Source: Nitrospirota bacterium
Lineage (GTDB): Bacteria; Nitrospirota; UBA9217
Assembly (NCBI GenBank): GCA_963796285.1
Contig: CAWCKW010000012.1
Coordinates: forward strand, 864,001 to 928,000
Direction of reading: 5' to 3'
DNA: 64,000 bases
Shown: positions 33,220-43,829 of the stretch, piece after piece
Position numbering within the stretch: the stretch's first letter is position 1
Layout of the letters: each line of letters starts with the position of its first letter
The notes under the pieces: generated by a model
What the model was told of the DNA's origin: nothing
The model's input: only the letters and a program-made list of their open reading frames with translations
Databases searched by the model: none
Position numbers and translations under genes: made by a program

Positions 33220-35866
33220 TTACAGTTTTCCCGCCACCTTGTCGATCACATAAGCCTCAATGATATCGCCGACCTTGATATCGTTGAAGTTCTCAATACC
33301 GATACCGCACTCATATCCTGACTGCACCTCGCGTACGTCGTCCTTGAACCGTTTGAGCGAATGGAATTTCCCCGTGTACACAAGCACATTGTCGCGGATC
33401 ACTCGTACGCCGTCGCACTGGCGGGAGAGGACACCTTCCACGACATGCGATCCCGCGATCGTGCCGACCTTGGACACATGAAAGGTCTGACGCACTTCAG
33501 CACGTCCGAGGATTCGCTCTTTGAGCGTTGGCTCGAGCAGGCCTTCCATGGCGGCTTTAATGTCATCGATGGCGTTGTAAATGATGTTGTATAAGCGGAT
33601 GTCCACTCCCTCGCGCTGTGCCAGTTCGGTTGCCTTGGGTTCCGGACGGACACTGAAACCGATGATGATGGCATTCGAGGCGGCAGCAAGCATCACGTCC
33701 GTTTCCGTGATCGCACCCACGGAAGAATGGATGACCTTGAGTTTGACGGCAGAAGTCGACAGCTTTTCGAGTGAATCCACGATGGCCCCGGCCGAGCCCG
33801 ACACGTCGGCCTTGATCACGATATTGAGCTCCTTGACCACGCCTTCCTGGATCTGGGCGTGGAGATCTTCGAGCGTAACCTTCTTCATCGTTGCCATTTC
33901 GGTGCTTCTCTGCTTGGCTTGCCTGGCCTCTGCGATCTGACGGGCCTTGCGTTCCTCCTCAAGCACGACAAATCGATCGCCCGCAAGCGGAACATTTGAA
34001 AAACCGATGACTTCGGCGGGCATGGATGGTCCGGCGCTCTCCACCCGTTCACCCTTATCGTTAATAAGCGCCCGCACTTTTCCGAACTGCGAACCGGTCA
34101 CAAAATAATCGCCGACCTTCAGGGTGCCGGACTGTACCAGCACCGTCGCCACCGGGCCTCGTCCTTTGTCCAGTTTTGCCTCGATGACCGTACCACGCGC
34201 CATTTTGTCGGGGTTCGCTTTGAGCTCAAGCACATCGGCCTGGATAAGGATCATTTCGAGCAGATGTTCGAGGCCGATCTTTTTCTTCGCCGATACCTCG
34301 CAGAAGATGGTCTGACCGCCCCATTCCTCGGGTGTGAGTTCAAACTCCGCAAGTTCCTGCTTGACCCGATCCGGCTTGGCTTCGGGTTTATCGATCTTGT
34401 TGATCGCTACGATGATGGGAACGCCGGCTGCTTTGGCGTGGTTGACTGCCTCGCGCGTTTGCGGCATCACACCGTCATCGGCGGCAACGACGAGGATCAC
34501 AATGTCCGTTACCTGTGCGCCGCGGGCACGCATTGCCGTAAACGCCGCATGGCCGGGTGTGTCGAGGAACGTAATGTCGCGTCCTTTCAGGCTCACCTGA
34601 TAGGCGCCGATATGCTGGGTAATGCCTCCGGCTTCCCTCGAAACAACATTCGTTTCCCGAACAGCGTCGAGGAGCGACGTCTTTCCATGGTCCACATGGC
34701 CCATGATCGTAACCACGGGCGGCCGCAATACCTGGGATTCGGCCGTATCGGCCTTTTCCTCCAGAATGTCTTCGGCCGTCTCTATGCTCGTGATCTCGGC
34801 CTTGATGCCGTATTCCTCGGCAAGGAGCATGGCTGCATCAGTATCCATGACCTGGTTTTGCGTCGCCATGATGCCGTTGACCATGAGCTTCTTTATCACA
34901 TCGCTGACCTTCTGACCGATTACCTCGGCGAATTCCTTGATAGTGCACGCCTTCCTGTATCTTGACAACCTTCTTTCGCGGCTTGGTGATATCGGCCACA
35001 TCGGTCTGCGGCGCATGACGTTCGTCCTTCTTATGCGGTCTTTTGCCGAGGGGCAACGTCTTGAGATCGGGAAGTTTCTTGAACGATGGTTTTTCGCGGA
35101 ACTCCCGATCCGTCTTGCTCTCGAATTCACCTTTTTTCTGCCACTTTTTCTTTGATGGTTTGCCGGGGATCGGCATCAATGACGGCGGCAGCTGCGTTGG
35201 TTCAAGCACCGGCGATCTGAACGAGGATCTTTCGACAGGCCGCCCTGCTGTCCGCGGCGGCGCACCAGGACGCTGCGGCGAATATCCCGGCCGCGCTGGC
35301 GCGCCGGGGCGCTGCGGTGCGAAGCCTGGCCGCACCGGTGCGCCGGGACGCTGCGGCGTGAAGCTGGGCCGCGCCGGCGCAGTGGGGCGCTGCGGCATTG
35401 GGGCCGGCTGCGCTGTCGCTGCCGGCTGAGGTTGTATGGCGGCTTGCGCGGGCTGAACAGAAACGCTTATTTCTTCAACCTTGGCAGGCTGAACTGGCGC
35501 TGCATGGGAAACAGGCGGAATGACCGGCGGAGCGGGAAGGGTCGGCTTCGGCGGAGGAACAGGAGCTGGTTTCGGTTTTACCCCTGGTTTTTCGAGCGTT
35601 GACGAAAATTTACCAATGAGTGCCGCGGCCTTCTTCAACCGGTCCTCTTTGGAGACGATCGCATCGGCCGGTTCTTTCTTTACCTTGTCTTTTTCCTTTT
35701 CTTTTCGACTCGCCTTCAACTTCTCGATCAGGGACTTGGCCTCCTTGTCATCAAGACCGCTCGACGGCGTTTTGCTCTTGATGCCCATCTTATCAAGGAC
35801 GGAGATGATGTCCTTGCTTTCGACTCCCATTTTTTTGGCCAACTCGTGTACCCTGATTACCGTCAT
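33220..35866 (-). CDS. infB: Translation initiation factor IF-2 (frameshift near 34948)
   Basis: IRVHELAK N-terminus, [35 protein letters not shown]. Confidence 0.97.
35255..35400 (-). repeat. 39-bp coding tandem repeat in the IF-2 N-domain
   Basis: [13 protein letters not shown] / [13 protein letters not shown] / [13 protein letters not shown] / PQRPGAPPR. Confidence 0.8.
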
Positions 35867-35913
35867 AAAATCACATACCCCCAAAAGGTTGTTATTGAAT
35901 GTTGCATTTTACT

Positions 35914-36505
35914 CTACTCATTGATATTTATCAAGCCCTTTAATCTTTCGGTCTCTTTCCAGAGCGCATTGGCAAGTCCGTTATCCTCTATCCCGATCAC
36001 CCCGACCAGTTCACGATTCAGCAGTGTCCCAAGCTCTTCCCGGGTGAAAAGAGTCGCACACCGCACTGATGCGGCAGAGGGGGTCGCCACTTTGTCCTTC
36101 GTCCCTTCGGACAGGTCGAGCGTGTACAGGAGCATGGAAACACGGCCTTTTTCCACAGCATCATGGACCGCGGAGTATCCGGCCGCCAGTTTGCCCGCCT
36201 TGGCCGACATGACAATGAGCGCCTTGATTTTCTCCGTAATGAGTTCCGACAAGCTGAGCAATAAAGACCTCTGCGTCCGGCGGCCTGACCCTGCTATGCA
36301 GCGCTCGTGAAAGGTTTTCTTTGCTGAGCGATTTTGTTATGCACTCCACCGTCGGACAGACATAGGCCGCGCGGCCCGGGAGCTTCTCCCGGTAGTCGAT
36401 AGCGACACCCAGGGGTCCTGCAACGATCCGCACGACAGCGTCCTTCTCAAATACGCCACGACAACCGATGCACGTTCTTTCCGGCTCATGTTTCATCTTA
36501 TTCAC
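35914..36505 (-). CDS. YlxR (DUF448)-L7Ae fusion protein (frameshift near 36255)
   Basis: PERTCIGCR...GRAAYVCP N-half; KAGKLAAG...TREELGTLL L7Ae C-half; ORFs overlap in adjacent frames. Confidence 0.8.
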
Positions 36506-36519
36506 AGTGCGGGCAATGA

Positions 36520-37873
36520 CTACTTCCGGATAAGCGCACTCGCAGACAACAGTATCTTTTGTGCAGTTTTCTCACCGATACCGGGGATCGCCAGGATATC
36601 CTCACTGGACATGGCGGCAATCTTCTCCACCGTATCATAGCCTGCCTCAATGAGCTGTTCCGCCGTTTTCTGTCCTACGCCCTCGATGATCGTCAGGTCT
36701 GGACCTGACTTCGCTTCACCGGAGTCGGTCCCGGCGACTTCAGCCTCCATGGTCTCGGCAGCTTCGTTCTCCTCTGCCATTTTCCGAGTTTCTTCAACGA
36801 TCGCTGCTTCGATCTCCTGCTCACGTTCCTTTTGCCGCTCCTGATCGTATTCGGATTCGCTCAGAATATCGATCTTCCAGCCGGTGAGCTTTGCCGCAAG
36901 CCTCACATTCTGGCCTTTTTTCCCGATGGCGAGGGAAAGCTGGGAATCGGCGACCACGATCAGGGCCGAGCGGTCTTCCTCGGTCACGCCTACCTTCTCA
37001 ACCACGGCAGGGCTCAATGCCTTGGCGATAAAAATGCGCGGATCTTCGGACCAGGGGATGATATCGATCTTCTCTCCCCGCAGTTCTCGGACCACGGCCT
37101 GCACGCGGGAACCTTTCATTCCAACGCAGGCGCCGACCGGATCAACCTGCGGTTCTTTTGACGCTACAGCTATCTTCGTGCGGTCTCCTGCCTCGCGGAC
37201 AACTGCCTTTGACCTCAACGATATTCTCGTAAATTTCCGGCACCTCCATCTCGAATAACCGGGAGACGAAATCCGGATGGGCGCGGGAGAGGACCACTTG
37301 CGGACCTTTCGAGGTGTCGCGGACCTCAAGCACATAGGCCCTGACGCGGTCTCCCCTGCGGTAGCTCTCACGCGGTACCTGCTCGCGCGCGGGCAGAACA
37401 GCTTCGGTCTTGCCCAGGTCGATGTAGTAGGCGCCCTTCTCATGACGCAAAACAATGCCGTTCACGAGCTGGCCGATTTTATCGTTGAACTCCCTGAGGA
37501 TAACATCGCGTTCGGCCTCGCGCACTTTCTGCACGATGACCTGGCGGGCGGTCTGCGCCGCGATCCTTCCGAAGCCTTGAAACTCGACCTGCAAGGGAAC
37601 TTCTCCATCCATCTGCGCATCCGGGTAGAGCGTCAGCGCCTCATCAAGGGTGATCTCCTCCTCGGGGTTTGAGACCTCCGCCACGACCTTCTTGTAGGCG
37701 TACATGATGATGTCTCCCCGCTTGGGGTCGATCTGCACCGCGATCCGCTGGGAGCCGTATTTCTTCTTGGCCGCGCTCACCAGCGCCGACTCAACAGCCT
37801 CTACGACCATCTCTTTCGCGATGCCCTTTTCCTTGCTGATCTGATCGATCACATGAATCAGCTCTTGACTCAT
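36520..37873 (-). CDS. nusA: Transcription termination/antitermination factor (frameshift near 37210)
   Basis: [50 protein letters not shown]-terminal HhH repeats. Confidence 0.96.
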
Positions 37874-37983
37874 AAGCTTTTCTCCTCCTGATAGATCTTT
37901 TAAATTAATTTTTCAGAGATTAAGAAAACAGATATTCAGATATTACCCTAACCCGGACAAGCCGGAAACTAAAGGGCGTCTCT

Positions 37984-38153
37984 CGTACCCTGCTCTTGCG
38001 ATAACGCGGGCACAAGCAGAGCTCGCGGAGCACGCAGAGTTAAATAAAAACTTTTTTTAAGTCTTAGTTTTAAACCGGAATATTTTTTAATCTTTTCTCT
38101 GCGAACTCTGCTTGTGCCCGCGTTCTGGCTACAGCAGGGTACGCCTCTGCGAG
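37984..38153. repeat. Long imperfect inverted repeat (MITE/REPIN-like) between rimP and nusA
   Basis: CGTACCCTGCT-N9-ACGCGGGCACAAGCAGAG occurs on both strands around an AT-rich spacer. Confidence 0.8.
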
Positions 38154-38183
38154 AAATTTTTCCCCGTTTTGATAAGTTAATGG

Positions 38184-38645
38184 CTAAAACTCCACCTCTA
38201 GCGAGGCTTTGGTGATACCGGTCATCGGTATCTCAAGTACCACTCCCGTTTCGAGTTCCATGCTTACCCTGCCTTCAACCAATCCAAGAAGCGTTCCGCG
38301 GAAGACCTTCTGCCCGTTGATGGACTGAAAGGTCTTTATCTTTACCCTGCTTCCCGTGAACCGGGCAAAGTGCTCGGGCTTCGAAAGTGACCGGTCAAGA
38401 CCTGGTGACGATACCTCAAGGGTATACGCGTGCGATATTATGTCCTCCACGTCCAGTGCCGCGCCGAGGTCTCTGTTCACGGTCTCGCAGTCGTTCAGCG
38501 TGACACCACCGGATTCGCGGTCAATAAAAATACGGAGAAGCCACTGGGGCCCCTGTTTATGGAACTCCAAGTCCCAGAGCGTCAAACCCATGGATTCGAG
38601 GATAGGAATCAGGATCTGCCGGATCTGCTCCGCAATATCAGACAT
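38184..38645 (-). CDS. rimP: Ribosome maturation factor
   Basis: LRIFID, DC, YTLEVSSPGLDR. Confidence 0.96.
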   Translation of the reverse strand: MSDIAEQIRQILIPILESMGLTLWDLEFHKQGPQWLLRIFIDRESGGVTLNDCETVNRDLGAALDVEDIISHAYTLEVSSPGLDRSLSKPEHFARFTGSRVKIKTFQSINGQKVFRGTLLGLVEGRVSMELETGVVLEIPMTGITKASLEVEF

Positions 38646-38662
38646 TCAAACCCCCAAATAAA

Positions 38663-38689
38663 AAGAGTGGGCAAAAGATGCCCACTCTT
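38663..38689 (-). promoter_or_regulatory. rimP leader hairpin
   Basis: AAGAGTGGGCA-N5-TGCCCACTCTT followed by a T-run just upstream of the rimP start; GAGTGGG/CCCACTC stems are recalled upstream of rimP in other bacteria. Confidence 0.6.
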
Positions 38690-39100
38690 CAAGGAATTTC
38701 CCAGAGTGTTGGATAGTATTTAACACAGTAAACTAAGGAATGCAAGGGAAAAATGGCCTCATTTCTTTTGTCCATGGATGTGGGATCCGGAATGCATACG
38801 GGTGTGTCGAGGTTCAAAGCATTTTATGGGAGGATTGCGCTATGTTTCAGATGTGAAAAATCTGCTGATTGCATGTGAATGCAGCCCGAATGCAAGTATG
38901 TTGCATCTGCAAACACGAACCACCGGAACGCCGGAGGTGCATCGACGCTTGCCTTGAACGTCTTCTTCCTGGATTTTGTCAGTCTTCAGCCACCGTCCGC
39001 ATATTCTTTATGCGCACAGGTCAAGCGACGGTGGAACAAAGGCAAAAAAAAGCAGGCACTGAAAACGATCAGGGCCTGCTTCAAAGGGTTAAGCGTTCGC

Positions 39101-39301
39101 TTAGAGCTTTACAACGTTGGATGCCTTGGGGCCCTTGGGTGAGTCGACAACGTCGAACTGCACTTGCTGGCCTTCGGCCAACGACTTAAAGCCGCTGTCC
39201 TGAATGTCGCCGAAATGAACGAACACATCGCCGCCTTGTTCACGGGTAATGAAGCCAAAACCTTTGGCATCATTGAACCACTTGACTGTACCATTTTCCA
39301 T
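39101..39301 (-). CDS. cspA: Cold-shock protein
   Basis: [27 protein letters not shown]. Confidence 0.95.
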   Translation of the reverse strand: MENGTVKWFNDAKGFGFITREQGGDVFVHFGDIQDSGFKSLAEGQQVQFDVVDSPKGPKASNVVKL

Positions 39302-39633
39302 GATGAGCTACCTCCTTCTTAATGTATTGAAGCCGACGGAAAGGACAAAAAAAATACCGCAAAGTCGAACTGTCTTTGCGGTTACCCTACAAGTACATCC
39401 GGAACTTCTAGGCATCATAGTCTCACTTTGGCGCCAGGAAGTCAAGGGTTATTATTTTGAGCGTTATTCTTTCGGGGAGAAGAACCCTTGCTGGGTCACT
39501 TCTATTAGGTATTGCTGAATACATTATTTTTGCCATGGTTCGGCAGGGGCGGTAAAAAAGTTCTTGTCAATACAGTCTTAATGGCTTATAGTTGCTGCAT
39601 TGCAGCACCATTCTAATTCACAGGAGGATAAAT

Positions 39634-39921
39634 ATGGCAAAGGCAATGACGAAGTCCCAGTTGGTGACGAAGCTCGCGGAGAAGGCATCACTCACCAAGA
39701 AGGCAGCCGGTGAGATATTGGATTTCATCGCAGAAGTGGCCTATAAGGAAGCAAAGAACACGTTCACGTTGCCCGGGCTCGGCAAACTCGTGCTGGTACA
39801 GCGCAAGGCCCGCATGGGCAGAAACCCTGCAACCGGTGAAACCATCAAGATCAAGGCAAAGAAGGTCGTCAAGTTCCGGGTTGCCAAAGCCGCCAAAGAC
39901 GCGATCCTCGGCGCAAAGTAA
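39634..39921 (+). CDS. HU family DNA-binding protein
   Basis: MTKSQL, RKARMGRNPATGE; AGGAGG RBS before ATG at 39634. Confidence 0.95.
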   Translation: MAKAMTKSQLVTKLAEKASLTKKAAGEILDFIAEVAYKEAKNTFTLPGLGKLVLVQRKARMGRNPATGETIKIKAKKVVKFRVAKAAKDAILGAK

Positions 39922-40091
39922 ACGATCCCTTACAATACAATACGACGCCCGCTCCTGACACGAGCGGGCATAATTAGTACCAGGTACATCTTAGCGATCT
40001 CCTCTACTGCTCTGTCAGAATTCGACAATAACGCTGTTACACCCTTCGTCCTCATCGAACCATGAACAGGTTGAAAAAGAATAATGATGCT

Positions 40092-40370
40092 ATGACCGAT
40101 CCTCAGTCGATACAGCTGCCTATAGACGGCACACTCGACCTTCACACGTTCCTGCCCAACGAAGTTACGGACCTTGTGCCCGAGTATCTGGCAGCCTGCC
40201 GGGAACACGACATATTCCAGGTCCGCATCGTACATGGAAAAGGCATCGGCACGCTCAGGCGTACCGTGGAATCCGTCCTCCGCAAGCTCTCATGCGTGGA
40301 ATCATTCAGAACAGCCCAAGAAGACGCCGGGGGCTGGGGAGCGACGATCGTGACGCTTCTGAGAAAATGA
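40092..40370 (+). CDS. Smr domain protein
   Basis: LDLHTF, RIVHGKGIG, GGWGAT. Confidence 0.9.
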   Translation: MTDPQSIQLPIDGTLDLHTFLPNEVTDLVPEYLAACREHDIFQVRIVHGKGIGTLRRTVESVLRKLSCVESFRTAQEDAGGWGATIVTLLRK

Positions 40371-40966
40371 CCATGATGGTCAATCATTTTCAGAAGATGA
40401 TCAGTATCGTGATCTGCGCCGTTGTACTGCATTCCTGCGCCCCTTCCCCTTCACGGATCGATACCGGGTCGCTCAAGATGCGATCGCGGCCGAAGATATC
40501 CGCGGCCGGCTTGGAAAAGCAGATCCACACCCTTATAAATAGGGAACGACACAAACAGGGCTTGTCACAACTCGAATGGGATGATGCTCTGGCAGGCATT
40601 GGAAGGAAACACAGCCGGGACATGGCCGCGAGGAATTACTTTGACCATAACTCGCCGGAAGGGCATGACTTCTTGTACCGGTACCAGCAGGATGGATATC
40701 AGTGTGGTATCCGGATCAACAAGACAATACACATGGGTGCTGAGAACATCGCTCTAAACAACCTGTATGATTCCATTACCACGGTAAACGGCGTCGCATT
40801 CTATGACTGGAATTCACAGGAAAAGATCGCTGATACAACGGTACAGGGATGGATGAAAAGCCCGGGACACCGGAAGAACATTCTTACGCCTCATTTGAGA
40901 CATGAGGGCATAGGCGTGATCGTGGCTCCGGATGACAAGGTCTATATAACGCAGAACTTTTGTTAA
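40367..40966 (+). CDS. CAP/SCP domain lipoprotein
   Basis: Lipobox-like LHSC, HSRDM..RNYFDH, AENIA, WMKSPGHRKNIL, TQNF. Confidence 0.9.
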   Translation: MTMMVNHFQKMISIVICAVVLHSCAPSPSRIDTGSLKMRSRPKISAAGLEKQIHTLINRERHKQGLSQLEWDDALAGIGRKHSRDMAARNYFDHNSPEGHDFLYRYQQDGYQCGIRINKTIHMGAENIALNNLYDSITTVNGVAFYDWNSQEKIADTTVQGWMKSPGHRKNILTPHLRHEGIGVIVAPDDKVYITQNFC

Positions 40967-40967
40967 C

Positions 40968-41363
40968 CTACCCTTTCCATGCAATAAAATCCATTTCAAT
41001 TGACACATCCTTCGGAAGACGGGACACTTCAACCGTGGCACGGGCAGGCGGGTCAGAGGGGAAATATCCACCGTACACCTCATTCACTTCAATGAAATCA
41101 GAAATGTTCTTTAAATAGATCGTGGCCTTTACCACCTTTGACATGCCGCACCCGGCTGCCGAGAGTATGGCATTAGCATTCTCCATGACCTGCCTGGTCT
41201 GTGCTTTTATGTCAGCCTGTACCACATTTCCTGATTTAGGGTCTAATGGTATCTGACCTGATATGAACACAAAACCACCTGCCTCAACAGCTTGGGAATA
41301 AGGCCCGATTGACTTGAGAGCATTAGCAGTTTTTACGATTTTCTTGTCCAAAATAACCTCCAT
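40968..41363 (-). CDS. ridA: RidA family enamine/imine deaminase
   Basis: [25 protein letters not shown]. Confidence 0.92.
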   Translation of the reverse strand: MEVILDKKIVKTANALKSIGPYSQAVEAGGFVFISGQIPLDPKSGNVVQADIKAQTRQVMENANAILSAAGCGMSKVVKATIYLKNISDFIEVNEVYGGYFPSDPPARATVEVSRLPKDVSIEMDFIAWKG

Positions 41364-41480
41364 AATATATTTAACTTAACGTTATAACATATTATTATTT
41401 AAAGCTATTTATAATATGAAGTAAACCATTAAGCTAATCATATAAACAATATGATCCTAAGCTCCTGAACCTGATCTTCC

Positions 41481-43628
41481 CTACCCCGTCCTGACTCTCT
41501 TCACATCAATGACCCCATTTATTGCCTCGATATTCTTGATGATCCTGTTCAGATGCTCCACGTCTTTAATTTCGATGGTAAAGTTGAGGGTGGCTTGTTG
41601 TTCCGCACCGGTAATCGCCTCGGCATGCGTGATGTTTGCCTCTGCCGCACTGATGGATGATGAGACGCCGGCAAGGAGGCCCGGCTTGTCCTCGGTCCGG
41701 ACGGATATTTTGACCGAATGCGCCACAGCCTGCAGATCGCCCCAGGACACGTCGACGATCCTGTCTTTATCAAAGGTAAGATCACCAATGTTCGTACAGT
41801 CCGCAGTATGGACGGAGACCCCTCTCCCCCTGGTGATAAATCCGATTATTTTGTCGCCTGGCACCGGATTACAGCACTTGGAAAGGTGGATCATCATATT
41901 GTCCATGCCGCTGATCTTCATGCCTCCGGATGGGGTTTTTGCGAGCTTCTGGGGCGGTTTTTTGGGAATCGGCTCTATATGCGGCTTCTCAGGCGCAAGC
42001 TTGTTCGCCACCATGTGCGCGGACACCTTGCCGTAGCCGATGGATGCCAGCAAGTCTTCGATCGAGTTCTGGGACAGCTCGTTCGCGACAACCGGGAGTT
42101 CTGTTGATTTAAACACTTTGGAGGGGCTGAGTTCGTGCTTGCGAAGCTCTTTTTCGAGCAATTCCTTCCCCAGCAGGATGCTCCGCTTGCGCTCATCGAC
42201 CTTGAGCCATGCCTTGATCCTGGTCCTGGCCCTTGAAGTCTTGACGAACTTGAGCCAGTCGCGGCTTGGCGTGTGGCCGGTCTGGGTGATGACCTCTATC
42301 TTGTCTCCGTTGCGGAGCACATGTTTGAGCGGCACGATCTTGCCGTTGACCTTTGCTCCTACGCACTGGTTGCCGATATCGGTATGTACGGAGTAGGCAA
42401 AATCCACGGGAGTAGAGCCCTGCGGCAGCTCTTTCACATCCCCCCGCGGTGTAAAAACATAGACCACGTCCGGGAACAGGTCGCCCTTGACCGTTTCCAT
42501 GAACTCCCTGGCGTCCGGGACGTCCTTCTGCCATTCAAGGAGCTGCCTGAGCCACGCATACTGCTGCTCTTCGCGCTGGCTGATGGCTGATTTTTCCTTG
42601 TACCGCCAGTGCGCGGCGATCCCTTCCTCTGCAATGCGATGCATTTCATCGGTGCGGATCTGGAACTCGACGCGCTCTCCTTTAGGGCCGATGACCGTGG
42701 TATGGAGCGACTGATAGAGGTTGGACTTGGGAACACCAATAAAATCCTTAAATCGCCCCGGTACGGGCGTCCAGAGCGAATGGATAAGCCCGAGGATGGC
42801 GTAGCAATTCGCCTTGGTATCGGTGATGATCCGGATCGCGATCAGGTCGTAAATGTCCTCAAAGGCGATCCCCTGCTTTTGCATCTTCTGGTAGATGCTG
42901 TAGAAGTGTTTTGGCCTGCCCTTCACCTCAGCTTTATACCCGTGCTCCGCGAGCTGGCGTTTCATGACATCTATGAGTTCATTGATATAGGACTCGCGCT
43001 CGACACGGCGCTGGTTGACCTTCTGGACCAGGTCCTGGTACGCTTCGGGATTAAGGTACATGAACGATAGGTCTTCAAGCTCGATCTTGATCCTGGAGAT
43101 ACCCATGCGATTGGCGAGGGGGGCGTAAATATCGAGCGTTTCCTGGGCAATACGCTTCTGTTTCTCCGGCGAGAGGTGACTAAGCGTCCGCATGTTGTGA
43201 AGCCGGTCTGCCAGCTTGATCAGGATCACCCTGATGTCCTTGGCCATGGCCACGATCATCTTGCGAAAGTTCTCAGCCTCGCGCTGCTCGCGGCTCTGAA
43301 GCTCCATGCGGGAGATCTTTGTCATGCCTTCCACCAGCCTCGCTACCTCTTCACCGAACATTACTTTGAGCTCGTCAGGCGTGGCGGTGGTATCTTCGAT
43401 CGTGTCGTGAAGCAGGCCGGCTGCAACCGTGGCCGCATCGAGCTTGAGGTTGGCGAGGATGGCGGCTACTTCGATAGGATGGTTGAGATAGGATTCACCA
43501 GAAAGCCGCGTCTGTCCCTGATGGACCTTTGCCGAGAAGATGTAGGCGCGCCTCAGAAGGTCCACATCCGCGTCGGGGTTGTAGTTCTGGATCCGTTCAA
43601 CTATGTCTTCGAGGCGAACTGCAGGCAT
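41481..43628 (-). CDS. relA: Bifunctional (p)ppGpp synthetase/hydrolase
   Basis: HP, LLHDTIED, KLADRLHNMRT, YQSLHT, TGS, CC and ACT domains. Confidence 0.95.
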   Translation of the reverse strand: MPAVRLEDIVERIQNYNPDADVDLLRRAYIFSAKVHQGQTRLSGESYLNHPIEVAAILANLKLDAATVAAGLLHDTIEDTTATPDELKVMFGEEVARLVEGMTKISRMELQSREQREAENFRKMIVAMAKDIRVILIKLADRLHNMRTLSHLSPEKQKRIAQETLDIYAPLANRMGISRIKIELEDLSFMYLNPEAYQDLVQKVNQRRVERESYINELIDVMKRQLAEHGYKAEVKGRPKHFYSIYQKMQKQGIAFEDIYDLIAIRIITDTKANCYAILGLIHSLWTPVPGRFKDFIGVPKSNLYQSLHTTVIGPKGERVEFQIRTDEMHRIAEEGIAAHWRYKEKSAISQREEQQYAWLRQLLEWQKDVPDAREFMETVKGDLFPDVVYVFTPRGDVKELPQGSTPVDFAYSVHTDIGNQCVGAKVNGKIVPLKHVLRNGDKIEVITQTGHTPSRDWLKFVKTSRARTRIKAWLKVDERKRSILLGKELLEKELRKHELSPSKVFKSTELPVVANELSQNSIEDLLASIGYGKVSAHMVANKLAPEKPHIEPIPKKPPQKLAKTPSGGMKISGMDNMMIHLSKCCNPVPGDKIIGFITRGRGVSVHTADCTNIGDLTFDKDRIVDVSWGDLQAVAHSVKISVRTEDKPGLLAGVSSSISAAEANITHAEAITGAEQQATLNFTIEIKDVEHLNRIIKNIEAINGVIDVKRVRTG

Positions 43629-43675
43629 GAGTCATACCTCAACTATCTCTATTCAGTGCACAGATCCGGTAGATA

Positions 43676-43790
43676 AAGTTCAAATTCCAAGGTGAAAATG
43701 CCAAATCAAACGACAATGACAAAGAATCAAGCTGTTTGATGTTTTGGGTCTTGAAATTGATTTGAACTTTGAGTTGTGATATTTGTCATT
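43676..43790. repeat. Degenerate intergenic inverted repeat (CAAA-rich arm / TTTG-rich arm)
   Basis: caaattccaag..atgccaaatcaaa..aatgacaaa versus ttgatttgaactttgag..atttgtcatt. Confidence 0.5.
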
Positions 43791-43829
43791 CACTCAAATC
43801 AGCGACCGCAGCGATCTTAGTGGTGAAAA

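Noticed and set aside
28028-37873. Programmed frameshifting or true pseudogenisation of pnp, infB, nusA and truB
   Set aside because: Essential genes, no common slippery sequence; assembly error is simpler
38760-39100. Possible tRNA/ncRNA (GGTTCAAA) or small ORFs between rimP and cspA
   Set aside because: No cloverleaf could be folded; the ORFs lack recognisable features and overlap cspA antisense
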